Source: a bacterium (lineage in GTDB: Bacteria > Fidelibacterota > Marinisomatia > Marinisomatales > UBA1611). From it: a stretch of 64,000 nucleotides of DNA. Where the stretch lies: the NCBI GenBank assembly GCA_004321745.1, contig SGYO01000004.1, forward strand, positions 47,016 to 111,015, read 5' to 3'. Under the pieces are notes generated by a model. It was not told the DNA's origin. It worked only from the letters and a program-made list of their open reading frames with translations, and ran no database searches. The position numbers and the translations under genes were made by a program. Within the stretch, counting starts at the first letter, position 1. The number at the start of each line of letters is the position of its first letter. Positions 1-10,299 of this stretch are shown piece by piece.

Positions 1-1466
1 TTGGAGCCTTTACATTTGCTCCAATCTTTGATTCAATTTCTGGTGGAGAAGCTATTGCAGGTATGACTTTAACACTTGCAGGCTTGGGTATTTTTATGGG
101 AGCGGTAGGTAAATCATCTCAGTTTCCATTACACATTTGGCTTCCTGATGCTATGGAAGGTCCCACACCTGTGTCAGCACTGATGCATGCAGCCACAATG
201 GTTGCAGCTGGTGTGTATATGTGTGTGCGTTTGTTCCCTATCTTTACTGCTGATGCTCTTACTGTCATTGCTTACATTGGAGCTATTACTGCAATTTTAG
301 CTGCATTGACAGCCATAACTCAAAATGATATTAAAAAAGTTTTGGCCTACTCGACGGTTAGTCAGTTGGGTTTTATGGTATTAGCTGTGGGTACAGGTGT
401 TTACACTGCTGCATTTTTTCATTTACTAACTCATGCAATGTTTAAAGCAAACTTGTTTTATTGTAGTGGTTCAGTAATTCATTCAATGCATCATGCTCTG
501 CATGAAGCACATGATCACGATACTGACCCACAAGATATGAGAAACATGGGCGGCTTTAGAGAAAAAATGCCCATCACATATTACTCAATGCTAATTAGTA
601 CTCTTGCTATCGCTGGTGTTCCTTTGTTCTCAGGGTTTTTATCTAAAGATGCAATACTCGCTGGTACTCTAGCATTTGCTCAGCAAAACCCCGTACACTT
701 CTTATTGCCTCTTTTAGGGTTTTCTGCAGCAGCAATTACGGCATTTTACATGTTCCGTCTGATTTTTATGACATTTCATGGAAAACCAAATATGAAAAAT
801 ATTTTTAAAGATATACATGAGTCGCCAAAAGAGATGACTGGGCCAATTGTTTTATTAGGGGCCTTAAGTTTTTTCATCTTTTACACATTACCAAGTAATT
901 TTAATCCCATTAAAGACAAAGGCTGGTTTAAAGATCTTATTGTTCCCAGAAACTCCGCTGTTCCAGGTAGTTTAACGGCTAATGAGATCGCTGAATATGC
1001 TCATTATGCTCACTATTTAGCAATGGGCCTTTCACTATTTGTGGCTGCTGCTGGAATATTGCTGGCAGTACTTATGTACCAGAGACAGTCTATTTCTTCA
1101 GAAAAATTATCCAATAAATTCGGGTTTCTGTATCATTGGAGTTACAATAAGTTTTATTTTGATGAGAACTATAACAGGTACCTATACCAGCCATTTCTTA
1201 GATTAGCTAATTCTATTTCTTGGTTAGATTGGGAATTCTATGATAAATATTTCATCAACGGTTTTGGAAAATTAACAAAGTCATTTAGCAAAATTTCTGG
1301 CAAGTTTGACTATGATGGAATTGACCAGGGTTTAGTGGATGGTTTTGGTAGGGTTTCCTCGGTCAGTGGAAATTTTCTAAGAAACATACAGACTGGGCGA
1401 TTACAAAATTACTTATTATTTGTCGTGGCCGGTATTTTAGTAATAATAATTGCTCAGGCATTTTAA
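1..1466 (+). CDS. nuoL: NADH-quinone oxidoreductase subunit L (complex I, ND5-like), 5'-truncated by window edge
   Basis: The frame in phase with 63 is open from the first bases of the window. Signature SSQFPLHIWLPDAMEGPTPVSALMHAATMVAAGVYM and a long C-terminal amphipathic/TM tail are present. nuoM and nuoN follow. Confidence 0.9.
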   Translation, partial: GAFTFAPIFDSISGGEAIAGMTLTLAGLGIFMGAVGKSSQFPLHIWLPDAMEGPTPVSALMHAATMVAAGVYMCVRLFPIFTADALTVIAYIGAITAILAALTAITQNDIKKVLAYSTVSQLGFMVLAVGTGVYTAAFFHLLTHAMFKANLFYCSGSVIHSMHHALHEAHDHDTDPQDMRNMGGFREKMPITYYSMLISTLAIAGVPLFSGFLSKDAILAGTLAFAQQNPVHFLLPLLGFSAAAITAFYMFRLIFMTFHGKPNMKNIFKDIHESPKEMTGPIVLLGALSFFIFYTLPSNFNPIKDKGWFKDLIVPRNSAVPGSLTANEIAEYAHYAHYLAMGLSLFVAAAGILLAVLMYQRQSISSEKLSNKFGFLYHWSYNKFYFDENYNRYLYQPFLRLANSISWLDWEFYDKYFINGFGKLTKSFSKISGKFDYDGIDQGLVDGFGRVSSVSGNFLRNIQTGRLQNYLLFVVAGILVIIIAQAF

Positions 1467-1491
1467 TCAATAGGATACAAGAGATACACAC

Positions 1492-3036
1492 ATGGAGAAT
1501 ATTCTTAGTTTACTAATCTGGATTCCTATCTTGGGGGCAATCGTAGTCGCCTTTCTTCCGAGAGATAAGGATAATTTAATCAGATATACATCAGCAGCTG
1601 TTACAGGATTACAGTTTATTATTGCTATTGTACTCTGGAGAAAATTTGATCCTTCAGATGGATCTATGCAGTTTATGGAAAGGTATGAATGGATACCTTC
1701 CTTGAACATATCTTATATTTTAGGTGTTGATGGCTTGAGTCTTCCGATGGTCCTTCTGACGGGGATGCTATTTTTTATTGGAGTTTTTGTTAGTTGGAAT
1801 ATTAAAAAAGCGGTTAAAGGCTATTTTTCTCTATACTTATTATTAGATGCTGGTGTAGTTGGAGTTTTTCTTTCCTTAGACTTTTTCCTATTTTACATCT
1901 TTTGGGAAGTGATGCTTTTGCCGATGTATTTCCTAATTGGAATGTGGGGCGGTCCTCAAAGAGAATATGCAGCAATAAAATTTTTCCTTTACACTCTTTT
2001 TGGATCTGTACTGATGTTGATAGGTATACTTGGTCTATACTTCACATGCGGAAAAACATTTGATATACTTTTGATCATGGAAAGAGCGCCGGAGGCTCTA
2101 AATGGAGTTCTATGGTGGGGAATGAGCGCAGCCAAGGTTATTTGGGTGCTAGTCTTCATAGGCTTTGCTATCAAAGTTCCTGTATTCCCCTTCCATACAT
2201 GGCTTCCATTAGCTCATGTTGAGGCGCCTACAGCTATTTCCGTATTGTTGGCCGGTATACTATTAAAATTGGGAGTGTATGGTATAATTAGGGTTAATTA
2301 CGGTATAATGCCCAATGAGGTGTATTGGTTTGCTGGGGGTCTTGCCTTTCTTGGGCTTGTAAATGTCATATGGGGTGGTTTGTGCGCTTTAGCTCAAACA
2401 GATCTGAAAAAATTAGTAGCATACTCCAGTATTAACCATATGGGTTATTCATTATTGGGAATGGCTGCTGTTGTCGCTGCTGGAGCGATGAATGGTGGTG
2501 ATCTTAAAGCTGCTCAAGCTGGTTTAAGTGGGGCTGTTTTTCAAATGTTTAACCACGGTACAATATCAGCAATGCTTTTTATTTTAGTTGGAGTCGTTTA
2601 TGAAAGAGCCCATCATCGTGATATAGACGGTTTTGGCGGCTTAGCTAGTAAAATGCCCGTTTATACAGGCATTACTGCACTGGCATTTTTTGCTGGGCTA
2701 GGACTGCCTGGCTTTTCTGGTTTTGTTAGTGAAGCCATGTGTTTCATTGGAGCTTTTCCAGTTTTTAGAACTATTGTCATCCTGAGCACTATTGGTATAT
2801 TACTTAATGCCGCATACTTTTTGTGGGCATTTCAGAGGGTGTTTTTTGGAAAGCTTAATGAGAAATATAAAGATATGGAAGAAATCAATGGCCTGGAACT
2901 CTTTACAGTAATACCGCTAGCCGTTATTACTCTATTCTTTGGAATATACCCTGGTCCTTATCTTGATTTAATTAAAGCTACAATGGATCAAATTATTGAA
3001 AAGGTTGCGTTTGTTGCCACATACGCTTCGCTCTAA
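1492..3036 (+). CDS. nuoM: NADH-quinone oxidoreductase subunit M (ND4-like)
   Basis: 514 aa polytopic protein with FPFHTWLPLAHVEAPTAISVLLAGILLKLG, the antiporter-like subunit signature. It sits between nuoL and nuoN. Confidence 0.9.
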   Translation: MENILSLLIWIPILGAIVVAFLPRDKDNLIRYTSAAVTGLQFIIAIVLWRKFDPSDGSMQFMERYEWIPSLNISYILGVDGLSLPMVLLTGMLFFIGVFVSWNIKKAVKGYFSLYLLLDAGVVGVFLSLDFFLFYIFWEVMLLPMYFLIGMWGGPQREYAAIKFFLYTLFGSVLMLIGILGLYFTCGKTFDILLIMERAPEALNGVLWWGMSAAKVIWVLVFIGFAIKVPVFPFHTWLPLAHVEAPTAISVLLAGILLKLGVYGIIRVNYGIMPNEVYWFAGGLAFLGLVNVIWGGLCALAQTDLKKLVAYSSINHMGYSLLGMAAVVAAGAMNGGDLKAAQAGLSGAVFQMFNHGTISAMLFILVGVVYERAHHRDIDGFGGLASKMPVYTGITALAFFAGLGLPGFSGFVSEAMCFIGAFPVFRTIVILSTIGILLNAAYFLWAFQRVFFGKLNEKYKDMEEINGLELFTVIPLAVITLFFGIYPGPYLDLIKATMDQIIEKVAFVATYASL

Positions 3037-3047
3037 GGTTTAGCTAA

Positions 3048-4538
3048 ATGACGAATCTCCAAAGTTTAGAGTTTTTCATTCCAGAGTTAATTCTGACAAT
3101 TACAATATTGGCTGCTCTAATTACTGATCTTTTTGTGAAAAAATCTAAGACGAATATGATCGGCTGGGTTCTTGGTGTTGGTTTAGTCGTTGTAGGGCTC
3201 TCTGTTCATAATTTGAGCTCTGCACCTCCAACGACATTATTTCTAGACATGATTGTAATAGATCCTTTCAGCTCGTTTATGAAAATTGTTATTATACTAT
3301 CTACGCTACTGGTAATCGTTGCCAGTTGGGTAAACGATGAGTTAGAAAAATATAGGAAAGGTGAATATTTCACTATAATGGGTATAATGGTAATGGGTTT
3401 ATTTTTAATGACATCATCTGTAGACATAATAATGTTATACATTTCTATTGAAGTTGTTTCAATTATGTCTTTCGTGCTTGCTGCCTATCTAAAATTAGAT
3501 ACTCGGTCAAACGAGGCTGGATTAAAGTATGTCATTTATGGAGCATTTAGTTCTGGTGTAATGTTGTTTGGCTTGAGCATCGTATATGGGTTAGCTGGTA
3601 GTACAAATTATTTTGCTATCCAAGATACTCTTTCTAGTCTTGATGGTTCTGCAAACCCAGCCCTAATAATGGCATTATTAATGATATTTGCTGGATTTGG
3701 CTACAAAATTTCTTCTGTTCCTTTTCATTTTTGGACACCAGATGTATATGAAGGTTCACCCTCTACAATTACAGCATATTTATCTGTTGCCCCAAAGGCT
3801 GCGGGTTTTGCAATGATCATAAGGTTTTTTCATCAAGTCTTTTCAGACAGTATAGGATTAACTAGTAATTCTATAGGATCCACAGATTTACCATGGCCTG
3901 AAATTATTGGCGTTCTAGCTGTTGTGACAATGACGATGGGGAATTTAGTTGCCATCCAACAAAAAAGTATCAAACGTATGCTTGCGTATTCTAGCATAGC
4001 CCATGCAGGTTATATGATGTTAGCACTTCCAGTTTTGTCCATGGAGGCAGTTGAGTCAATTATGATCTATCTTTTTATCTATGTCTTTATGAACCTAGGT
4101 GCATTTTTCATTGTTATTTTTGTTAAGAACAAAACAGGTGGAGAATCTTTTGAAGACTTTGAGGGTCTGGGATGGAAAATGCCAATAGTAGGGGCATTTA
4201 TGACTTTATTTATGTTGTCCTTAACAGGGTTGCCTCCTACTGCAGGCTTTGTAGGTAAATTGTATATCTTTAAAACATTAGTTGGCGCTGGCAGTGAATT
4301 TTTGTGGTTAGTTATAGCTGGAGGCGTAAATAGTGTTATTTCTCTATATTATTATTTTCATGTTGTGAAAGTAATGTTTTTAGGTGGTAAAAGAAGCGAT
4401 GTGATAACATATCCTCCCTCAACAATGTTTGGTCTTATGATTTTTACAGCAGTTCCTTCTTTAATACTTGGTTTATATTGGAATCCTTTAGCTTCATGGG
4501 TTAAAGATTCGTTAGTGTTTTACAACCAAGTAATGTGA
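3048..4538 (+). CDS. nuoN: NADH-quinone oxidoreductase subunit N (ND2-like)
   Basis: 496 aa with PFHFWTPDVYEGSPSTITAYLSVAPKAA. It occupies the last position of the nuo gene order. Confidence 0.9.
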   Translation: MTNLQSLEFFIPELILTITILAALITDLFVKKSKTNMIGWVLGVGLVVVGLSVHNLSSAPPTTLFLDMIVIDPFSSFMKIVIILSTLLVIVASWVNDELEKYRKGEYFTIMGIMVMGLFLMTSSVDIIMLYISIEVVSIMSFVLAAYLKLDTRSNEAGLKYVIYGAFSSGVMLFGLSIVYGLAGSTNYFAIQDTLSSLDGSANPALIMALLMIFAGFGYKISSVPFHFWTPDVYEGSPSTITAYLSVAPKAAGFAMIIRFFHQVFSDSIGLTSNSIGSTDLPWPEIIGVLAVVTMTMGNLVAIQQKSIKRMLAYSSIAHAGYMMLALPVLSMEAVESIMIYLFIYVFMNLGAFFIVIFVKNKTGGESFEDFEGLGWKMPIVGAFMTLFMLSLTGLPPTAGFVGKLYIFKTLVGAGSEFLWLVIAGGVNSVISLYYYFHVVKVMFLGGKRSDVITYPPSTMFGLMIFTAVPSLILGLYWNPLASWVKDSLVFYNQVM

Positions 4539-4615
4539 AAAGTTTTTATTTCTGAGTCTTTTGTATTGTAATTTTAAACCCTAATATTCAATAAAAAATA
4601 AAGTTTAGCGGTTAA

Positions 4616-5959
4616 ATGGCTCATATAAAAATCACAAAAGGACATGATTTAAAGATCTCTGGGATTCCAGATAAGAATATCGCTTATCCTAGGCGGTATT
4701 CAACAGTGGCCATCTTGCCAAATGATTTCAGGGGAGTAAAGCCTAAACTTTTAGTAAAAGAGGGAGAAAAAGTAAATATTGGGTCTCCATTATTTTTCAA
4801 TAAAATAAATCCTGAAGTTAAATGGGCTTCGCCTGGTTGCGGAAAAGTTAAAGATATTGTTTATGGTCCTAGAAGAGTAATCGAAAAAATTGAAATTGAA
4901 TTGGATAAAGATCAAAATAGTATCGATTATAAAACCTATACTAAAGAAGAGATATCTAACTTATCTGGAGAGCAAGTTCTAGAAAATATTTTAAATGCTA
5001 GTCTTTTTACATTTTTTAGACAGAGACCATTTAATGTAATACCCAACCACAAAATACCGCCGAGAGATATTTTCATATCTGGTTTAAACACCTCTCCTTT
5101 ATCTGTAGATATCGAGGTTGTTATGGCGGGTCAGTTAGAAGACTTTCAATATGGAATAGATGCCATATCAAGATTAACAAAGGGTAATGTTTTTCTAACA
5201 ACTAAAAAAAATTCAATTTTATCATCTATTGAAAATGTAAAATTAAACACTATTTCAGGTCCACATCCAGCTGGTAATGTTGGTATTCAAATTCATCATA
5301 TTGCGCATCTTAAGCCTGGTGAAATTGTCTGGACAATTAACCCTCAAGATGTGGTATCCTTAGGTAGGTTATTTAAGAATGGGAGATATCACCCTGAAAG
5401 AATTATTTCAGTAGGAGGGCCTAGCATCAAAACACCATCTTACTCGAAAGTAACAGCTGGTGTCCCTGTAAAGGCTTTAATAAATGACAATTTAACATCT
5501 GAAAATGTTAGAATCATTTCTGGTGATGTGCTAACAGGCAGAAGTGCATCCTCACAAGATTATCTCAGTTTTTATGATTATTCTTTGAGCGTTATATCTA
5601 ACGACATCAAAAGAGAATTTATTGGAATGTTAAACCCTGGAAGTAGTACATCCAGGTATAGTTTAACACCTGTTTTTGTTTCTCTTGCTGACAAGTTATT
5701 TAACTTTACTAGTTCTCAAAATGGAAGTCATAGAGCTGTAGTCCCAATTAATACGTGGGAAAATGTATTACCAATGGATATTCTGCCAAATGAGCTCTAC
5801 AGATCTATTATGGCAAAAGACATTGAAGAAATGGAAAATCTTGGTATTATTGAATGCGATGATGAAGATTTTGCATTGTGTTCTTTTGCTTGCCCTAGTA
5901 AAACCGATGTTAGCGGTGTAATTAGGCAAGGGTTGAACTTGCTTCAGGCAGAGGTTTAA
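4616..5959 (+). CDS. nqrA: Na+-translocating NADH:quinone oxidoreductase subunit A
   Basis: 447 aa soluble protein. The N-terminus MAHIKITKGHDLKISGIP resembles the NqrA start. It is the first gene of an nqrA-F series. Confidence 0.9.
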   Translation: MAHIKITKGHDLKISGIPDKNIAYPRRYSTVAILPNDFRGVKPKLLVKEGEKVNIGSPLFFNKINPEVKWASPGCGKVKDIVYGPRRVIEKIEIELDKDQNSIDYKTYTKEEISNLSGEQVLENILNASLFTFFRQRPFNVIPNHKIPPRDIFISGLNTSPLSVDIEVVMAGQLEDFQYGIDAISRLTKGNVFLTTKKNSILSSIENVKLNTISGPHPAGNVGIQIHHIAHLKPGEIVWTINPQDVVSLGRLFKNGRYHPERIISVGGPSIKTPSYSKVTAGVPVKALINDNLTSENVRIISGDVLTGRSASSQDYLSFYDYSLSVISNDIKREFIGMLNPGSSTSRYSLTPVFVSLADKLFNFTSSQNGSHRAVVPINTWENVLPMDILPNELYRSIMAKDIEEMENLGIIECDDEDFALCSFACPSKTDVSGVIRQGLNLLQAEV

Positions 5960-5961
5960 AT

Positions 5962-7137
5962 ATGCAGTGGCTTTTAAAGTACATACTTAAAATCAAACCC
6001 AATTTTGAGGAAGGCCAAAAATTACACTGGCTGTATCCTGTCTATGAAGCGACTGAAACGATTCTTTTTAGTACCGATGAAAAAACAAAGTCTGCGCCCC
6101 ATATCAGGGATAGTATTGATATTAAACGTGTAATGATATTAGTAGTTATTACGTTAATTCCTTGTTATATATTTGGTGCAATTAATGTTGGGTACCAAAA
6201 TGCAATTGCTCTCGGTATAGAACGATCATTAATTGGTAATCTCATTTTCGGTGCAATCACAATCGTTCCTATTATCGCTGTCACTTTTATTGCTGGTGCA
6301 TTTTGGGAAATATTGTTTGCCATAGTTAGAAAGCATGATATTTCTGAAGGGTTTTTAGTTACATGCGCATTAATTCCTCTTACTATGCCTCCATCGATTC
6401 CTTTATGGCAGCTTTTTATAGCCACCTCTTTTGGTATAGTCATTGGTAAAGAAATTTTTGGTGGTGTAGGTATGAACATATTTAACCCTGCTTTAACCGC
6501 GCGGTGTTTCATATTTTTTTCGTATCCAAGCAAAATTTCTGGTGATATGGTTTGGCTAGTTGGGCCTGACGGATATTCTGGAGCTACTGCTTTATCTGTA
6601 CCTGCAACTACTAAAAACTCAGACGCGGTCACGTTGCTTGAAAATGTTTCGCAATTCGATTACTCCTGGTTGAATTTAGCTTCTGGCTGGATACCTGGCT
6701 CTATTGGTGAGACCAACAAATTTATAATATTTGCTGCTGCATTAATATTAATGGCTATGAAACTCATTTCGTGGAGAGTTATTTTGGGCGGTGTAAGCGG
6801 TCTTTTTGCAATGGCCTATGTTGGTAACCTAATTGCTCCATACACAGATAATTCTATGCTATCTATTCCAGCTCATTATCATTTGGTCATGGGTAGCTTC
6901 GCTTTTGGTTTAACTTTTATGGCTACTGAGCCTGTAACGGGATCTCACACAGATACTGGAAGGCTTTTTTATGGGTTTTTTGTAGGGGTTCTTACTGTAA
7001 TTATACGTTCAATTAATCCTGCATATCCAGAAGGTGTAATGCTTGCTATTTTATTGATGAATGCATTCGCATCTTTAATTGATTATTTTGTAGTCAAAGT
7101 AAATGTAAATAGGAGGATGTCTAGATATGCGCAGTGA
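5962..7137 (+). CDS. nqrB: Na+-NQR subunit B
   Basis: 391 aa polytopic protein. It carries the FMN-attachment motif GYSGATALS and sits in nqr gene order. Confidence 0.9.
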   Translation: MQWLLKYILKIKPNFEEGQKLHWLYPVYEATETILFSTDEKTKSAPHIRDSIDIKRVMILVVITLIPCYIFGAINVGYQNAIALGIERSLIGNLIFGAITIVPIIAVTFIAGAFWEILFAIVRKHDISEGFLVTCALIPLTMPPSIPLWQLFIATSFGIVIGKEIFGGVGMNIFNPALTARCFIFFSYPSKISGDMVWLVGPDGYSGATALSVPATTKNSDAVTLLENVSQFDYSWLNLASGWIPGSIGETNKFIIFAAALILMAMKLISWRVILGGVSGLFAMAYVGNLIAPYTDNSMLSIPAHYHLVMGSFAFGLTFMATEPVTGSHTDTGRLFYGFFVGVLTVIIRSINPAYPEGVMLAILLMNAFASLIDYFVVKVNVNRRMSRYAQ

Positions 7138-7828
7138 TCTTTACACTATAGCTTTTACCACAATTATTACGGTCATTTTAGGATTGGGCTTATCAGCTAC
7201 TGCTGATAGTCTTAGAGAAAGACAAGTGTTGAATGAAGAATTAGACATAAAAAAGAATATTTTATCCGTTTTAGGATATAAACAAGAGACACCTTGGACA
7301 AATGAAGAAGTCCAAAGTTTATATGATGCTAACATTAACGAAATAAGAATAGATGAAGTTGGCTCCATCATTGATGAACTAGGCAAAAATGAAGATCTAT
7401 CATACACAATATACCAAAGCAGTGAGAACAATAAAGTTACTGGTTATGCTATACCTATTGCTGGTAAAGGTTTATGGGGAACAATGTATGGCTACTTTGC
7501 GATTGAACCAGATGCAGAAACAGTAAAAGGAATTACATTTTATAAACATAAAGAAACACCAGGTTTAGGTGCAGAAGTTGATAAAGATTGGTTTAAAAAT
7601 AATTTTGTTGGTAAGAAGCTAACCAACAAAAATGGAGAATTAGTCAGTATAGAAGTTATAAAGGGCTATGTTTCTGATACAGATCCAGATGCTCCCCATA
7701 AAGTTGATGGAATTTCAGGAGCGACCATAACTGGAACAGGGTTGACAACATTCTTAAAATCTGACCTTCAGAAATATGAGCCATATTTTGCGAAAGTAAG
7801 GAGCGTAAATCAAATTGAATCTCTTTAG
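7127..7828 (+). CDS. nqrC: Na+-NQR subunit C
   Basis: 233 aa with a single N-terminal TM and the FMN-attachment motif VDGISGATITGTG. It overlaps nqrB by 11 nt. Confidence 0.9.
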   Translation: MRSDLYTIAFTTIITVILGLGLSATADSLRERQVLNEELDIKKNILSVLGYKQETPWTNEEVQSLYDANINEIRIDEVGSIIDELGKNEDLSYTIYQSSENNKVTGYAIPIAGKGLWGTMYGYFAIEPDAETVKGITFYKHKETPGLGAEVDKDWFKNNFVGKKLTNKNGELVSIEVIKGYVSDTDPDAPHKVDGISGATITGTGLTTFLKSDLQKYEPYFAKVRSVNQIESL

Positions 7829-8444
7829 TAGTAAAAATAAAAAGATTGTTAAAGATCCTTTAATGGGAGAGAATCCTATCTCCATCCATGTATTAGGAAT
7901 ATGCTCTGCATTGGCGATAACAACGAAAATTGATACTGCTGTTGTGATGACCATTGCTGTTGTTGCAGTTTTATCAATATCAAATGTGGTTATTTCACTT
8001 CTTCGAAATAATATTCCCAATAAGGTTAGAATTATAATTCAGATGAGTGTAGTAGCTTCTTTGGTAATCATTGCAGACCAGGTATTAAAAGCTTACATGT
8101 ATGATATGAGTAAGCTTCTAGGCGTTTTTCTTGCACTAATCATAACCAATTGTATTGTGCTTGGTAGGGCAGAGGCTTTTGCCATGCAAAACTCTCCAAG
8201 TAAAGCTTTGCTTGATGGAATGGGCAATGGTCTTGGGTACGGAGCGATTTTAATTGCTGTTGCTTTTTTCAGAGAATTATTTGGCTTTGGATCCATCTAT
8301 GGAGCTCAGGTATTTAGTGATCAAATTTATTCAGGCGGTTACGAAAATAATGGTTTGATGATATTGTCACCTGGAGCATTTTTTATTTTGGGTTTAATAG
8401 TTTGGGCGCACAGAGCTTATACTAAAGTTATAGATAAAGATTAA
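7815..8444 (+). CDS. nqrD: Na+-NQR subunit D
   Basis: 209 aa. The N-terminal region KKIVKDPLMGENPISIHVLGICSALAITTK matches the conserved NqrD/RnfE start. TTG start at 7815 overlaps nqrC by 14 nt. Confidence 0.88.
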   Translation: MNLFSSKNKKIVKDPLMGENPISIHVLGICSALAITTKIDTAVVMTIAVVAVLSISNVVISLLRNNIPNKVRIIIQMSVVASLVIIADQVLKAYMYDMSKLLGVFLALIITNCIVLGRAEAFAMQNSPSKALLDGMGNGLGYGAILIAVAFFRELFGFGSIYGAQVFSDQIYSGGYENNGLMILSPGAFFILGLIVWAHRAYTKVIDKD

Positions 8445-8446
8445 AT

Positions 8447-9055
8447 ATGCAGCATTACGTTAACATAATTATAAATTCAGTATTCATTGAAAATATACTA
8501 TTAATATATTTTCTTGGAATGTGTTCGTTTTTATCGATTTCAAAGAAAGTTGAGACTTCAATTGGATTGGGTTTAGCAGTGATTTTTGTATTGTCCATTA
8601 CTGCGCCTGCAAATTGGGCAATTAATGAATACCTACTTGCAGATGGCGCGTTAAGTTGGGCTGGTTTAGGGCACATAAATTTAGATTTTCTTCAATTTAT
8701 AGTTTTCATATCAGTCATTGCTGCTATGGTGCAGTTAGTTGAGATGTTAATGGATAGATTTTCTCCAGCACTCTATGTGAACCTTGGTATTTTTCTCCCT
8801 CTCATAACTGTGAATTGTTCAATTTTAGGAACTTCTCTGTTTTTAGTAGAAAGAGAATATGATTTAATCGAGTCTACAGTTTTTGGTTTTGGATCTGGGC
8901 TAGGATTTTTCTTGGCAATAGTTTCCTTGGCGACAGTTAGAAAAAGAATGAGATATTCTAATGTTCCCCCTACCCTTAGAGGAGTTGGAATGGCTATGCT
9001 GTTGACTGGGTTAATATCAATGGCATTTTTAGGTTTTTCAGGTATTAGTTTGTAG
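8447..9055 (+). CDS. nqrE: Na+-NQR subunit E
   Basis: 202 aa. MQHYVNIIINSVFIENILLIYFLGMCSFLSISKKVETSIGLG is the typical NqrE/RnfA N-terminus. Confidence 0.9.
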   Translation: MQHYVNIIINSVFIENILLIYFLGMCSFLSISKKVETSIGLGLAVIFVLSITAPANWAINEYLLADGALSWAGLGHINLDFLQFIVFISVIAAMVQLVEMLMDRFSPALYVNLGIFLPLITVNCSILGTSLFLVEREYDLIESTVFGFGSGLGFFLAIVSLATVRKRMRYSNVPPTLRGVGMAMLLTGLISMAFLGFSGISL

Positions 9056-9069
9056 TAAAGGGTTAGTAT

Positions 9070-10299
9070 ATGGAATTTACAATAATTAGTGTTTTAGTTT
9101 TTGCAAGTATAACAACGTGTTTGGTTTTGCTTTTGAATCTTGCAGAAAAGAAATTACTTCCTCAAGGTGATGTCTCCATTTTAATTAATGATGAGCCTGA
9201 CAAGGCTCTGAGCGTTGGAACCGGTGGTACTTTACTTGGAGCATTGAGTGGTCAGAAAGTATTTTTACCCTCTGCATGTGGTGGCGGGGGTACATGTGCA
9301 ATGTGTAAGTGTCAAGTATTTGAAGGAGGAGGCGATATACTTCCAACAGAGACTAGCCATATCAGTAGACCAGAAGCAAAAGATAATTGGCGTTTAGCAT
9401 GTCAGGTTAAAGTTAAAGAAGACATGAAAATTCATGTCCCTGATGAAGTATTTAGTGTTCAAAAATGGGATTGTACTGTTAAGTCAAATACTGACGTAGC
9501 CACATTCATAAGAGAATTTGTTATTGAACTCCCTGAGGGTGAAAATATGAATTTTGAGGCTGGTGGGTATATTCAAATAGATATACCAGAATACCATGGT
9601 TTAAATTTTAAAAATTTTGACATTGATAAGGAATATCATGAAGATTGGGATAAGTACAATATTTGGGATTTAGTTGCAAATAATGATGAACCCGAATTCC
9701 GTGCATATTCTATGGCCAGTCATCCTGCAGAGGGTAACAAAGTAATGTTGAATGTAAGAATTGCTACTCCCCCCCCTGCGCTGTGGAATGATGTTCCCCC
9801 AGGAAAGGCATCATCTTACATATACAGTCTAAAAGCAGGTGATCCAGTTACAATATCAGGTCCATATGGTGAATTTTTCATTAAAGACACTGATCGTGAG
9901 ATGGTATATATCGGGGGTGGTGCTGGTATGGCTCCAATGCGCTCTCATTTATTTCATTTATTTCATACATTGAAAACAGGAAGGAAAGTTTCTTTTTGGT
10001 ATGGTGCTAGGTCGTTAAGAGAAATGTTTTACGATGACGAATTCAAAAAAATTGCTGATGAATTTCCTAATTTTACTTATAATGTTGCACTATCAGAACC
10101 TATGCCTGAAGATAATTGGACTGGCCCAACTGGTTTCATTCATCAAGTGGCTCATGATAATTATTTAAGTAATCATGAAGATCCAACTGAGATTGAATAT
10201 TATATGTGCGGTCCTCCGCCAATGGTCAAAGCTGTCGAGGATATGTTAGATGATCTAGGTGTTGAAAAAGAAATGATCGCCTTTGATAGTTTTGGTTAA
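9070..10299 (+). CDS. nqrF: Na+-NQR subunit F (2Fe-2S ferredoxin + FAD/NADH domains)
   Basis: 409 aa with an N-terminal TM, the Cys cluster [13 protein letters not shown], and a ferredoxin-reductase-type C-terminus ([16 protein letters not shown]). Confidence 0.92.
   Translation: MEFTIISVLVFASITTCLVLLLNLAEKKLLPQGDVSILINDEPDKALSVGTGGTLLGALSGQKVFLPSACGGGGTCAMCKCQVFEGGGDILPTETSHISRPEAKDNWRLACQVKVKEDMKIHVPDEVFSVQKWDCTVKSNTDVATFIREFVIELPEGENMNFEAGGYIQIDIPEYHGLNFKNFDIDKEYHEDWDKYNIWDLVANNDEPEFRAYSMASHPAEGNKVMLNVRIATPPPALWNDVPPGKASSYIYSLKAGDPVTISGPYGEFFIKDTDREMVYIGGGAGMAPMRSHLFHLFHTLKTGRKVSFWYGARSLREMFYDDEFKKIADEFPNFTYNVALSEPMPEDNWTGPTGFIHQVAHDNYLSNHEDPTEIEYYMCGPPPMVKAVEDMLDDLGVEKEMIAFDSFG

Noticed and set aside
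6165-6632. 155-aa minus-strand ORF
   Set aside because: It is antisense within nqrB, whose + strand product is clearly conserved. It has no start context or motifs.
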